This document shows positions 11,681 to 23,401 of a stretch of 64,000 nucleotides of DNA, one piece after another. The notes beneath the pieces were generated by a model. That model searched no databases and was not told where the DNA came from. It saw only the letters and a program-made list of their open reading frames with translations. A program made the position numbers and the translations under genes. This DNA is from Chlorokybus atmophyticus (lineage: Eukaryota > Plantae > Mesostigma and Chlorokybus algae), in the NCBI GenBank assembly GCA_009103225.1, contig RHPI01000890.1, positions 33,630 through 97,629 on the forward strand, given 5' to 3'. The first letter of the stretch is position 1; each line of letters begins with the position of its first letter.

Positions 11681-14600
11681 CTAAGCACATATGTCGAGTC
11701 CCTTGCAACATGCCTTAAACTTCAGCGGTGACAGTGGCTTCGTCATAAAGTCTGCAAGCATGTCTTCCGTATTGCAATATTGGAACTCAACCTCCTTGCG
11801 TGTGACTCTGTCTCGCACAAAGTGATGCATGACATCAATGTGCTTTGTCCTTGTCGAGGCAATGGGGTGCTTCAGCAACTTGATGGCGCCTTGGTTGTCG
11901 CAGTTGATCGTGATACACGCCATCGGGTGCTCCAGATCTGCCATCAGCTTGCGAAGCCATAACGCCTCCTTCACTGCAGCCGATGCTGCCATGTACTCCG
12001 CTTCCGAAGTAGATGCTGCTGTTGTAGGTTGCAGCCTACTGTTCCAGCTCACCACGCCTCCATTCAACTTGAAGACGTACGCCGTGGTGGACCTCCTGCT
12101 ATCGAGGTCACCTGCAAAGTCTGCGTCGCAATAGCCCTCCATCTTTGTGCTTCCGCAACCAAACTTTATGCCAACACTTGCGCTTCCAGCCACGTAGCGC
12201 AATACTCTCTTCGCTGCACGCCAGTGCTCCATGCTTGGTGCAGACATGTAGCGCGCAAGCACTCCAACTGCATGTGCGATGTCGGGTCTTGTGCACACTG
12301 CTAGATAGAGCATACTCCCAACAAGTTCACCATAGGGATACTGAGCCTTGTCGAGTACTTCCTCATCTTTCGCTTTGACGAGGTTGGTGCCGAGTGCCAA
12401 TGGAGTAGACTTGGTCTTTGCTTCGTTGAGTCCGAACTTGGTGACAAGTTGCTTCACCATCTGCTCTTGGCTGATCTTGATTGTGCGTGCTGCTCTGTCA
12501 CGCTCTATCACCATGCCAAGAAATAACTTGACCTCCCCAAGGTCGCGTACTGCGAATGCTTGCTGCAATCCGTGCTTCGTTCCCTTCAGGTCTTTAACTT
12601 GCTTGGCCGTGACGATGATGTCGTCCACATACACGAGCAAGTAAACCTTCTTCTCTTCATGCATGAAGAGCCCCGGATCCGCTAAGGATGCTTTGTAGCC
12701 GAGTTTCTCCAACTCTTTCGTGAGGCGAATGTGCCACACACGTGGTGCTTGTCGCAGCCCATACAAAGCCTTGATCAACTTGCAAGCCATGCCTGGCTCC
12801 CCTTCTGCGTAGCCTGGTGGTTGCTTGGTGTAGATCTCTTCCTCCAGCTCTCCGTAAAGAAAAGCAGTTTTCACATCAAGGTGGTGACACTCGAGGTCTT
12901 CAGCAGCAACCATGGCGATCAATGTGCGGAAGGTTGCATGCTTACTTGCAGGTGCAAACACTTCATTGAAATCCACACCTTCTGTTGCAAAAATCCCTTT
13001 GCCACCAACCTTGCCTTGTAGCGCTCGATGTTGCCTTGACCATCACGCTTCACCTTGAACACCCACTTGACCGGAATGGGCTTCACACCTTGCGGGGGCT
13101 TCTCCAACACCCATGTGTTGTTGGCATGGAGTGATGCAATCTCATCATCCATAGCTCGCTGCCATTGTTCTGCATCTGGTGCTCGCAATGCCTCCTCGTA
13201 GGTGCTTGGTTCTTCACTCTCGTCATTGTGCACACTAGCGATGTGTGCCTTGTAGAAGTCAGGTGCTTGTCTTTCCCTCACTGGGTAGCGTCGAGCTTGC
13301 TCCTGCTGCTTCTGCTTCTCGCCTGCTACAGATGAGCCCTGCTCTTTATTGATGACTGATGCCTCGCCTTCAACCTCTTCTTTGCTTGAAAGCTCTTCAG
13401 GTTGTGCTTTGTCATCTTCATCTTGAGGGTAGAAACCTTCTTCAGCTTCAACTTGTGATGAGCCTTCGTGGAACACGACTTCTCTGCTCACCACAATCTT
13501 GCGCGTGTCCTCCAGTAGGACCTTGTACGCCTTTGAGCCTGGTTCGTAGCCAACAAAGATGCCCTTCTTGCTGGCCGGCTCCAACTTGTGTCGCAATTGA
13601 CTTGGCACAAGTGCATATGCCACACATCCGAACACACGCATGCCACTCACATCTGGCGCTTCACCGTAAAAGAGCTCCCACGGAGTCTTTTGCTCAGAGC
13701 TTATCGGTGATCGGTTGCGGATGTAGTTGGCAGTGAGAACGGCCTCTTGCCACAGACTGTCCTCCAACTTGGTGTCATTGAGCATGGCTCGAACACGCTC
13801 CAACGACGTTCGGTTGAGACGTTCAGCTGCTCCATTCTGCTGCGGAGTGTATGGTGCTGTTGTCTCATGCCGTATGCCTTTGCTGGCGAAGAACTCTTTG
13901 AGCTGGGCTTTGATGTACTCCCCTCCTTGATCACTTCTCATTGCTTTCATCTTCTTGCCCGATTGAATCTCAAGCAATGCAATGATTGTACGCACAGCTC
14001 CAGCGACTTCTGACTTTTGAATCAAAGGGAAGACGATGGAAAGCTTGCTGTAGTCGTCGAGGAATGTTGCAAAGTACCTTACCCCTCCTTTCGCCACAAT
14101 GCGCATAGGCCCGCAAACGTCCATGTGCACAAGCTCGCAGGGATGTTTGCTACTTGAAGAAGATGATGAGAACGGCATGCGATGCTGCTTGGCCAACACA
14201 CAGGGTTCACAGAGTGTAGTTGAAGACGCTTGAAAATCTTCCTTGCTCCCAGTAATGCCCTTCACCATGTTTTCAGCGACCAGGCGTGTGAGGTTGCTAT
14301 AGCCCAAATGCCCGAACCTTCGATGCCAAAGCTCAGCCGTCTCCTTCTTCTTCACAATCATGGCCTTGCTGCCATGAGTCTGCTCCACAATGTAGAGCCC
14401 TCCTCGTTGGGTGCCGACCATGTACTCGACCCCATCCATGCGTACGGAGCAGCGTCCCTCCCGGATCACTATCTCAGCTCCCACGCGCTCAGCAACTCTC
14501 ACAGAAAACAAGCTTGCAGCAGCTCCAGGTACGTGCAATACTTCACGCAGTACCACCTCTCTCTCACCATCACCAATCTTGCATTGAAGCCTCACTTCAC

Positions 14601-15561
14601 CAACTCCTATTGCTTCCAACTCGTGACCACTAAAGCCTTCCACCTTCCTTGTGGTTGACATCTTCCTGTAGTTCTCCATCACCTCCTTGTGCGGTGTGAG
14701 ATGCTGGTCACAGCCTGAGTCAATTGCCCATGAAGTTGTATCAAACTTCCTTGAGGCAGTAAATGCAACACCCTTTTCTTTGCGTTGAGCGTTGCTACTG
14801 GTGCCTGCTTCAGATTGCTCTCGTTGGCGCTTACGACAATCCTTTGAGATATGTCCTTTAATACCACAATAGTGGCATGTGAGATTCTTGAACTTTGAGT
14901 TGCTGCCTTTCGCCTTGTTCTTGTCTTCATAGTTGCTTAATTTCTTGTATTTGTCTCGTGTGTAGAAGGCCACAGAGTCCGCTTGCTCTTCCTTCTTTGA
15001 GACGCGTTGCTCCACAGTGAGCAACTTGGGTAGCACATCGTCTAGGGTTAGCTCCGATGACGATGTCTCGAGCAGAGTAGCGACAACTTCGTACTCTAAT
15101 GGCAGTCCTGCAACAATCGCCAATACGACCTCCGTCTCTTCCATCTTGTGGCCGACGTTGATGAGGTCCGCCCACAGCTCTCTCGCACGTGCAACATACT
15201 TTGTGACCGGCTCGGCCGTCTCTTTATGAAGCGCGCTTAGCTGCTTGCGTAATTGTATCTTTCTGGCGTTGTTCTTGGCTTGAAATACGGCTGCAAGCTT
15301 CTCCCAAGCTTGTCTGCCATCTTCACATGCTGTGAGCATGGGAAAGTGATGTGGCTTGCAGTTAAGCACCATCAATGAATGTGCTTCAACTGAGTATTCA
15401 AGCCAGATGCTTCCTTCTCCTGCTCTTGGTGCAGATGCCTTCGGGTCAACATACTTCCACATCTTCTTGTGGATAAGTAGTGCCTTCATCTCTACGCACC
15501 AAGTGCTGTAGTTGTTTGTGTCCAGCTTTGTGATCAGCCCTTTATCGTAGCTTGCCTCCAT
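11681..15561 (-). pseudogene. copia gag-pol (gag, CCHC knuckle, protease, INT, RT, RNase H) with a single 1-bp frameshift
   Basis: CHYCGIKGHISKDC, WAIDSGC, LWHRRFGH, HMDVCGP, YVDD, ADFMTKPL. Frameshift near 12983: CAACAGAAGG versus CAGCAGGAAGG in copia A2. Confidence 0.95.
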
Positions 15562-15664
15562 CTTTGCCGCGCCTGCTTTCTTCTTGCAGTTAGCACTTGA
15601 GACTTGCTTTGATAATCTTCACGTGTTGTGACTTGAGTGACTTTGTTGACTTTAGTATCTTTAA

Positions 15665-15870
15665 TCTACACTTCACTCTTGAGTGACTTCAATGACTTCG
15701 GTCTTGAATGACTTCGGGCTTCACTTTACTCTTCAGCGCCTTCAGTCTTGAGTGACTTCGGTCTTCACTTCACTCTTCAGCGCCTTCAGTCTTGAGTGAC
15801 TTCGATCTTCTCTTCACTCTTCAGTCTTGAGTGACTTCGATCTTCACTTCAGTGCACTTTATCACTTTTC
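15665..15870. repeat. Degenerate tandem array (CTTCAGTCTTGAGTGACTTCG-based units) in the copia B 5' leader
   Basis: Repeated cttcactcttcag(cgccttcag)tcttgagtgacttcg units; a similar CTTCAA-rich tract occurs at about 39715-39925 in copia C. Confidence 0.8.
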
Positions 15871-16331
15871 TTCACTTTGCTTTCTTTCTCTTTCTCAAAC
15901 TCTTCACGCGTAGTGTGGGCCCATAACCTGTTGAAAAGCAAGCATGCAAGTGAAGAGGGCAAGCAATGACACACAGGAGAAGGCAACACACTTCCCGATT
16001 TATTACCAACAAACCGCGGGGTTATATACCCGCCAGTCAGTACACAGTTTGTACACACTGCTGGTCTACACGCAACAGCGTCCGATCTACTGAACCAAAT
16101 CCTACGCTGTAAGATGTGCCACGTAGCTAACTTAATAAGCTTTCCAACAAGCTATGCCACGTCCTAAATGACTGAGTATTCTAGGAGATATGACGATTCT
16201 CCTAGGACCCTTCTCTGCAGTCCGCGGCAGGACCTTTATGTCCGGAGTCTTCGAGGTCCTCCCATCGAGGTCCCTTCTCTTCTCTCTTGTATGCAGGGCA
16301 GGCTGACCGGATGTAGGAATATCTTCAACAC

Positions 16332-16570
16332 TGTCGTGCCTGCCATGGTCGAGGGCAACCTTGTCTCGGACAGGCTGCGGAGGAGTGCTAGTGCTGCACG
16401 CATGCTAGTGCCGTGCATTGCATTGGAGTCATGCAAGCAAAAGACAACCCCCCAATCGTGGGCATAGGCTTGAAGATGAGCCTACGCGGTGTTTAGTGCA
16501 GTGGACGAGCCGATGCCGCTCGCCACCTTTGTGTACGGATTGTGTCGTAGTGCACACAGCCAACAAGCCA
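16332..16570 (-). repeat. Gypsy repeat segment A, internal copy, preceded on the minus strand by PPT AGGGGGGG
   Basis: Matches 10318-10556; C7 run at 16571-16577. Confidence 0.95.
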
Positions 16571-16629
16571 CCCCCCCTGAGATTCTGGGGTAGCCCTCTG
16601 CTCCAGAACTCAGTTCCTACCGACTGTGT

Positions 16630-18020
16630 GGGGGACCGTTGATGCGGCAGTCATCGCATCAGTACTCCCACAAGGGTACTGCGTTCAGTGGAGGGTCAAG
16701 GGAGTAGCAGTGCATGCCTTGATTACAGCCGTCGCATAACATCATCAATGGGTCGTCGTCGGCGCTGCCACACTTCTCGCATCGGGTGCTGCGCAGCGGA
16801 CGCGGGTGCTGGATCTTGGTGAAGCCAGCAATGTAGGGGAGATGACAGGGCGCGCAGTTGACCATGTTGTCCTTCATGCGCTCGCCTCGTTGTCCCAACA
16901 GGTCCAGTACCCCTGTGGGGTGCACCTTCAATACCTTGTAGACAGCACGCCCGACGGAAGTATCGAGGGTGTCGCGTGTAGCCGCCATACGGTAGACGAA
17001 GTCTCCTGACTCGAAGCGGCGCTCCCGCTCCTTGTAGAAACCACTGCGCACACGCTCGTAACGCAGCGTGTCGCGGTGCTGCGCGATGCGCAGGTTGTTG
17101 AAGGCCATGGGGACTGTGTGTTCGAACAGCGCACTGCGCACTGTCAGGTCATACAACATCTCGTCGGGGTTGTCGAGATTGTCCACCACTCTATCGACCT
17201 CCTGCTGCGCGCGGAAAGGGAGCAATGGCTGCCTTCCGAACAGTAGATAGTATGGACTGTACTCTCGCAGGGCTGCCTGCTTGGACAGCCTGTAGCCCAT
17301 TTCTACCCATGGGAGGTGATCATCTCAGGTATTCTTCTCGTAGGCGAGGACGTATTTGCGCAGTGCCTTCTTGATGGTCTGCACGGTACGCTCGGCGAGG
17401 CCGTCAGCCTGCGGGTGGTCGCGTGAGGTGCGACGGTGGTCGATGAAGCATCTGTCGATAAGCTTGTCGAAGGCTCCTCTGAACTCCGTACCCTGGTCGG
17501 TGATGACTTCAGCGCAGCTGCCGAAGCGTCCGAGTACATGAGAGAGGAAAGCCTGGGCTACTCCCTCACTGCTCTTGTCGGGCAGGGGCACCAGCTCCAC
17601 CCACTTGGAGAAGTGCTCGATCATGACGAGGATGTAGCGGTTGCCTCGCGCTGAGGGCGCTAGGTCTCCGAGGATGTCCAGTCCCCAGCGGTAGAACAAC
17701 CCGGAAATGGGAAGGGGATGCAAGGTGGCATTGCGCGTGTTGAGGCTGGCGCGAACCATGTCACACTGCTGACAGTTGCTGACGAACTCCCGCACCTGTC
17801 TGTGCACCCCATACCACCAGTACTGGGTCCTGACCAGGCTGACCGTGCGCTTGACGCTGAAGTGCCCGAGCTCGGTGTGAAGTGAGGAGATGATGCCTTC
17901 ACGTGCAGCTGGTGTGGGGACCTCCTGATCTGCATTTTGTATCCGTCGATACAGCCTGTCGTTGGCCCAGCGGTAACGCTGAGTGCGTCGCCGGACGCGG
18001 TCCTTCTCGCGTGCGCTCAT
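16630..18020 (-). pseudogene. gypsy integrase (HHCC zinc domain, rve) with a C-terminal PHD finger
   Basis: LHTELGHF...CQQC, RWGLDILG, ITDQGTEF, DGLAER; then CEKCGSADDDPLMMLCDGCNQGMHCYSLDPPL...*CDDC. In-frame TGA stops. Confidence 0.9.
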
Positions 18021-18362
18021 GCCTACTGGAAGTTGTCCAGTCTGAAGCAGTGCGAGGGATGGCTCGTCCAGCCAGTTGTCTTGTCATGTGTCGGTGGGTG
18101 CCAGCTCCTCATCATCCACCTCAGGGTCGGCAGCGATTGCTTCTTCTGATAAAGGATCGGTGGTGGTGATGGCGGGCTCGAGAGCGGGCATGTCCCCGTC
18201 TGGTGCTGCCTCAGCGATCTGAGTCCTGCGTCCTGAGCGTAGCGCAGCGACAGCGAACATGGTGGCCACACCTGAAGGTGCAGCTGTAGGACCCAACTCA
18301 TGTCGGGCGCCTGTGGCGTCGTTGGTGCTGAGGTGGGGGTTACGGCTGAGGCCATCCGCATC

Positions 18363-19620
18363 CTAGTTGGCAAGGCCTGCACGGTGTTCCACCTCGAAGT
18401 CGTACTCCTGGAGCAGCAGCGCCCATCGTGCTAACTTTCCTGTCAAGTGCTGGTTGTTCATTAGCCACTTGAGGGGTTGATGATCAGTGACCAGTTGGAA
18501 CTGCCGTCCAAACAGAAAGGGTCGGAAGAAGGAGATGGCCCACACTGCGGCGAGACACTCCCCTTCGTAGCTGCTGTAGTTGGCCTCAGCACTGTTGTTG
18601 CTGCGGCTGGCGTACGACACTACACGCTCGCTTCTTGTTGTTGTCGTGCTGTACGAGCACGGCCCCCATGCCGAGCTTGCCCCAGTTTGTGTGCAGGATG
18701 AACAACCTGGTGTAGTCAGGGCGTTGCAGAATGGGAGCTGTGGTGAGGCGGAGCTTCAGCTCCTGAAAGGCCTCATGTTGTGCCTCCTTCTACAAGAACT
18801 CGGTGTCCTTCTTCAGTAGTTCGTTGAGAGGCCTTGCGATCTTGGCAAAGTCCTTGACAAACCGGCGGTAATAGTTGGCAAGGCCGAGGAAGGCCCGCAG
18901 CCGCGTGAGGTCTGTGGGGGCAGGGATAGCCACCAGTGCCTCCACTTTGGCCTGCTGTACGTACACACCATGGGGCACAATCATGTGTCCTAGGTAGGGT
19001 ACCTTGTGGGTGAAGAAGGTGCACTTGTCAGGGTGCACCGTCATCCCGACTTCCTTCAGCCTCTGTAGCACCTCTTCGATGTGCTAGAGATGCTCCTCAT
19101 TGCTGTGACTGAAGATGAGGATGTCGTCGATGTAGCAGCGTGCGAAGTCCAACCCCTTGATAGCTTTGTCCATGACGCGCTGGAACTTGGCCGGAGCGTT
19201 CTTCAGTCCGAAGGGCATGACCTTCCACTGGTACAGCTGCCGGTTTCCCCAGAAGGAAGTCTTGTGCTTGTCCTCCTCCTTGATGGCGATCTGGTTGTAC
19301 CCTTGGCGCATATCCAGGATACTAAAGACCGTGCAGTCTCCTACATCGTCAAAGATGCCTTCTGCGGTAGGCATTGGATATCTGTTCTGCTTGGTCTTGT
19401 TGTTGAGGGGGCGATAGTCGCCAAACATGCACCGGTCTGTCCAGTTGCCTGCTGAATCTTTCTTCAGGGGCATGACGGTCGCGGCCGCAAAGTCCGATGT
19501 GGACTCCTTGATCAGGCCTGCATCTAGCAGCGCCTTGCACCTCTGTTCCACCAAGTCTTCTTCTAGCTTGGAAAGGCGGTACTGTCTTCTGAACACCGGT
19601 TCGGTGTCCACTAGTTCAGT
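18363..19620 (-). pseudogene. gypsy reverse transcriptase and RNase H
   Basis: DYRPLN, MPFGLKNAPAKFQR, YIDDILIFS, FLGLANYYRRFV, EGECLAAVW, VTDHQPLKWL; TAG stops and a frameshift. Confidence 0.95.
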
Positions 19621-19929
19621 GTCCATCTGGTATGCTGAGCAGATGCCCAGCTCTTTCACACTGAAGCTGAATTGGCTCCTCCACTTGTTGAGGAGAGCCT
19701 CGAGTTGCTCTCGAGTATGGCCTGTGGCCAGCGGTCCAATGGCGTGGGACCATGAGGTAGCGTTGGCGACCACTGGGATGTCTTCCACAGTGACTGCTGC
19801 CTGCTCCTCCATGTGGGCGGTCTCGAGAGCGGTGTGTGCTGCTATGGTCTTTGAAAAGCGAGCAATCCACCCCCCAGCCAGGTGTTCGAGCTTCTGAACG
19901 GACACATGGCGGTCCTGGAGAGCAAAGCA

Positions 19930-20890
19930 CATTTCCAAGTACCACACCATGCTGTTCTGATCCATGGCGCGCCCTAACAGCTGACACTGTTGACTGGTTG
20001 TCAGCGTGGAGCTTGTGATGCTGCCCGGAGAGAATCCCATAGCACGCTCGCGCTCACGAGCATTGGGTTCTTCTAGCTGTCCAGTGTTGGAGTCTAACAC
20101 CATGCCGTTGCCTCTATTGCGGAACGCGTAGGAGCCTGGATAGGATACAAGTGTGGGTAGTGCGCGGCGCGGCTGACCAAGCTGATTGCACTGGTAGAAG
20201 TGGTGGTGGTCAAGGCGTGTGACCGGTTGCGCTGTGCGTCCAGGGTCCGGGATGTCATCGACGACGAGATTCCGTGGCCGATTGCTGTATAGGTATTCTG
20301 CCAGAAACAGGTCCTCCACGATGGCCAGGTTGGTCCACTTGGCGCGGACGCGGTGTGCGCGAGATCCATGACGCGCGGCGTTGATTTTGAGAGGATGCCC
20401 CAGCAAGGAGCATACTTGCCGATAGGCCTTGGCGACGTGATGCCGCTTGTCATCCTCGGAGTGCACATTCTCGATGATGTACCCCAAGGGCCAAGCGATC
20501 TGACTGGTCTGCAGGAGTTTGATGACTCTCATTAGCTCCCAGTTAAGCTGTGAGCGAGGATCAGAGAGCCCGTGGCCTCTGCCTGCCCTGGAGTGCCCTT
20601 GACACTCCCATCCTGCTATCAGCAGGTCAATGTTGCCGACTGCCTGCAGGTGATCCTTGGTAATCCAGCGGATGTCCTGCGGCAGAGCCTTCTGACTCCC
20701 TTGCAGTGCTGACAGCGGTAGCTGCTGCGGGTAGCGCTGGTGCAGCTGTCGTAAATGATGGCTCAGAGCCTCTTGTGCATGAGGGTCAGGGTCACAGTAG
20801 AGGTACTTGGTGACTGTTGTTCCTGTGTTGAGGACAGCCGCAAGCCCACTGCCTATGCCTCCGAACAGCTCCAGCACGGTGATGCCTTGT
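19930..20890 (-). CDS. C5 cytosine DNA methyltransferase domain embedded in gypsy pol, in frame with RT
   Basis: Inside uninterrupted ORF 19084-21489: motif I VLELFGGIG, IV AGWECQGHS, VI YIIENV, VIII RAHRVRAKWTN, IX ERERAMGF, X QLLGRAM. Confidence 0.9.
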
Positions 20891-21369
20891 TGTCGGCGGA
20901 ACATGTGGAACTCCACAACTCCAGTAGCTATGTGGTACTGCTCCTGCACTGTAGCCTGGTCTTTGTAGACAGGGAACTGTGCAGTGAGCTGAGGCCTGGT
21001 CAGTAGCATGTGTGCTGCTACTTGTGCGCTCCAGCGACGCTCGGATGGCTCCTGAAAAGCCACTTTTTTGGTGACAGTCTCATGAGACTCATCGTACGGT
21101 GTAGGAGAGTCCTCTTCAGCGTTTAGGCTCGGGCTCGAGCTCGTTGCAGTTGTCCTCGGCTGCGTTCGGGCACGAGGCACACGTGAGCTTTTTGTAGGAC
21201 TGTAGGTGGCTGCTGCGGCCGACCTTCGTTGCGAGCGGGCCTTGGCCACCAGTTCGAGAGGTAGGAATCCCTGCTCCTCTCCATCATCCTCATCCCAATG
21301 CGGTCGAAACCATGCTTGCTCAGTCCAGCAGTCCATCCCCATGCCGACAGGGAAGTTGCAATCCTGTCC

Positions 21370-21630
21370 CAGCAGTAGGTCAAAGGACCCGGCATCGGTG
21401 ACCACACACCTTTGTACAATCTCGGTGCTGTGGGAAGGGTTTAGTCCGGTGAGGCGGATGCTCACAGCCCGCTTGGTAAGGCCGAGCACCTTGTCGCGGT
21501 TGCCGGTTGCGGTGTCCAGCTGTTAGGGACAGGGAAGCAGCTCAGCGCTGGTGATGCCGAGATCTCATGCGAGGTAGCGCCCAATTATGACAGGCTGTGC
21601 TCCAGTGTTCAGCATCACGCGTTTGGGTGC
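21370..21630 (-). pseudogene. gypsy aspartic protease (catalytic D appears as N)
   Basis: KRVMLNTGAQPVIIG...FDLLLGQD; TGA at 21565-21567. Confidence 0.7.
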
Positions 21631-23401
21631 CCGACCGTTGACGGTCACGTGCTTGCCTTGGTTGGCGATCATGGCTGCATTGGCGTTGATGCGCAGCCTC
21701 TTGAAGCGACGGAACCTCTTGCGTGGAGAGACTGTTGCTTTACTCTCATCTGCGGGGCCTGACCGTAGGGCAGCCAGGGCTCCTCTACCTGATGGATCTT
21801 TTGGACCTCCTTGTCCTCGGCTTTGTCCAAACCGTCCTTGTCGCGGTTGCTGGTACACGCGTGGTGGCCTAGGCACTGGAGGTGCTGCTGCAACCTGTCC
21901 AAGTGGAGGTGCAGGAGGGTTGACCCTCTGTGCAGCTGTTGTCATGCCAGGAGGAGTGGCCAGTGGCTGTGGCGGGAACCCTGGAGGACCTGGTGTTTGC
22001 GGGACTGCCTCTCGTGCAGCCTGCTCCTCTGCATAGGTCCATCGCACAGCATGGGCTGCCTCTCTGACTAGTGTACCTTCCCATGTAGCCGTCGCATTGT
22101 TGTCCACGTCTATCCAGCAATGGTTCTGAGGCATGGGCTGCAGGTACACTGCACGTAGGAGCCGCGCTCTTATGTCGTGGGTGATGGTGGGCACCCTGAG
22201 GATCCCCGCCATGTAAGCATCCCATCTGCCGTTGACCACTCCCACTTCCAGCACTGTTATCGCTCGTGCGCGTACAGTGAGGCGGGTATCTGGCTGTTGG
22301 ACATGCTGCTCGTAAGCAGCGGCGATGCGCCTGCGCTGACGTCTTGCCTCCACTCCTGGCAAACTCAGTATAGCCTCCAGAGCTCCCTTCAGAGTGTCAG
22401 TGGCGGCGGAAGCCACTTCATCATAGGCTTGCCGTATGGAGCGAAGGAATGCGTCCACCCACGCTATTCTGGTGCCGAATGCGAACAACGGGACTGCGGG
22501 ATGGTTGGTGACCAGCCACGTCACTAACCGTGCGCGTGCCGCGTTGCCATTGTCTCGCATCCCAAGCATCTGCCGAAGTCCAATGCCTTCTTGCCGATGC
22601 AGCATGGTTGCTTGTCGTAACAGAGCAGTGCGTAGTTGTTGCTCTCCAACCAGTCCTGCTCCATCTCTTTGTGTACACCCTTGTGGTGTAAGGTAACCCC
22701 TCCCTGGCTCCCTTTGGTCCTCAGGTAGATCCTCCACCAGCGCAGGCAGCAACGGGGCGATCACCCCCCTGGTTTGTTGAGCCAACGCCCTCGCTTGGTC
22801 AGAGTTGGTCTCGACGAAGAACGGAGTGGTGCTGGAGGATGGACCAGCAGTTGGTGACTGAGGTATTGGTGCACGCGTAGCTTCAAGAGCTTGTTCACGT
22901 GCAGCAATGGCGGCAGCTTGATCCTGTCGCCAGTGATATGCTTGTTCCAGTGCGTGGTAGCGCTAATGAAGGCGAGCGGTTGCAGGAGGTCCGAGTGCTT
23001 CATCAGTGCCCAAAGGCAGGTCGGCTGCGTCGGCGATGCGCTGCTGGACGGTGTCTCGGTGGTCCCGATAAGTGTGCAGCGGGCTGGGTTCAAAGGTGGT
23101 GGTTGGCATGCGTGCAGGCTAACGCGGGGCGGTCTGCATGTTGTTGTGCAACGCTCAGAACAGCTGCAGGGCCAACTCCAACACTACAGGTGGGCTGTAG
23201 CTGATCAAGAACACCCTGTCACGCATCGGAGGTGCAGTGCCAGCAAGGATTTCATCTTCCAATTGGTGTTGAGTGAGTGCTGGAAGGGTGTGAACCTCTG
23301 GGAGCGGGAAGACGCGATCATCGCGGGCGACACGCGTGGTGCGCTCCCCCCCCCCGACCGAAGGCGATGGTAGTGGGGTCTGCTCCGCGCAGGATGGTTT
23401 C

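Larger units (their letters stand above)
11234..16330 (-). mobile_element. Ty1/copia element B, full length
   Basis: 402-bp LTRs at 11234-11635 and 15929-16330 (about 8 differences by eye), PBS GGTTATGGGCCC at 15917-15928, PPT CGCGTGGGAG, 5-bp TSD CTGTC at 11229-11233 and 16331-16335. Confidence 0.97.

Noticed and set aside
15665-15870. CRISPR-like array
   Set aside because: Degenerate tandem units without unique spacers, inside a copia leader in a eukaryote.
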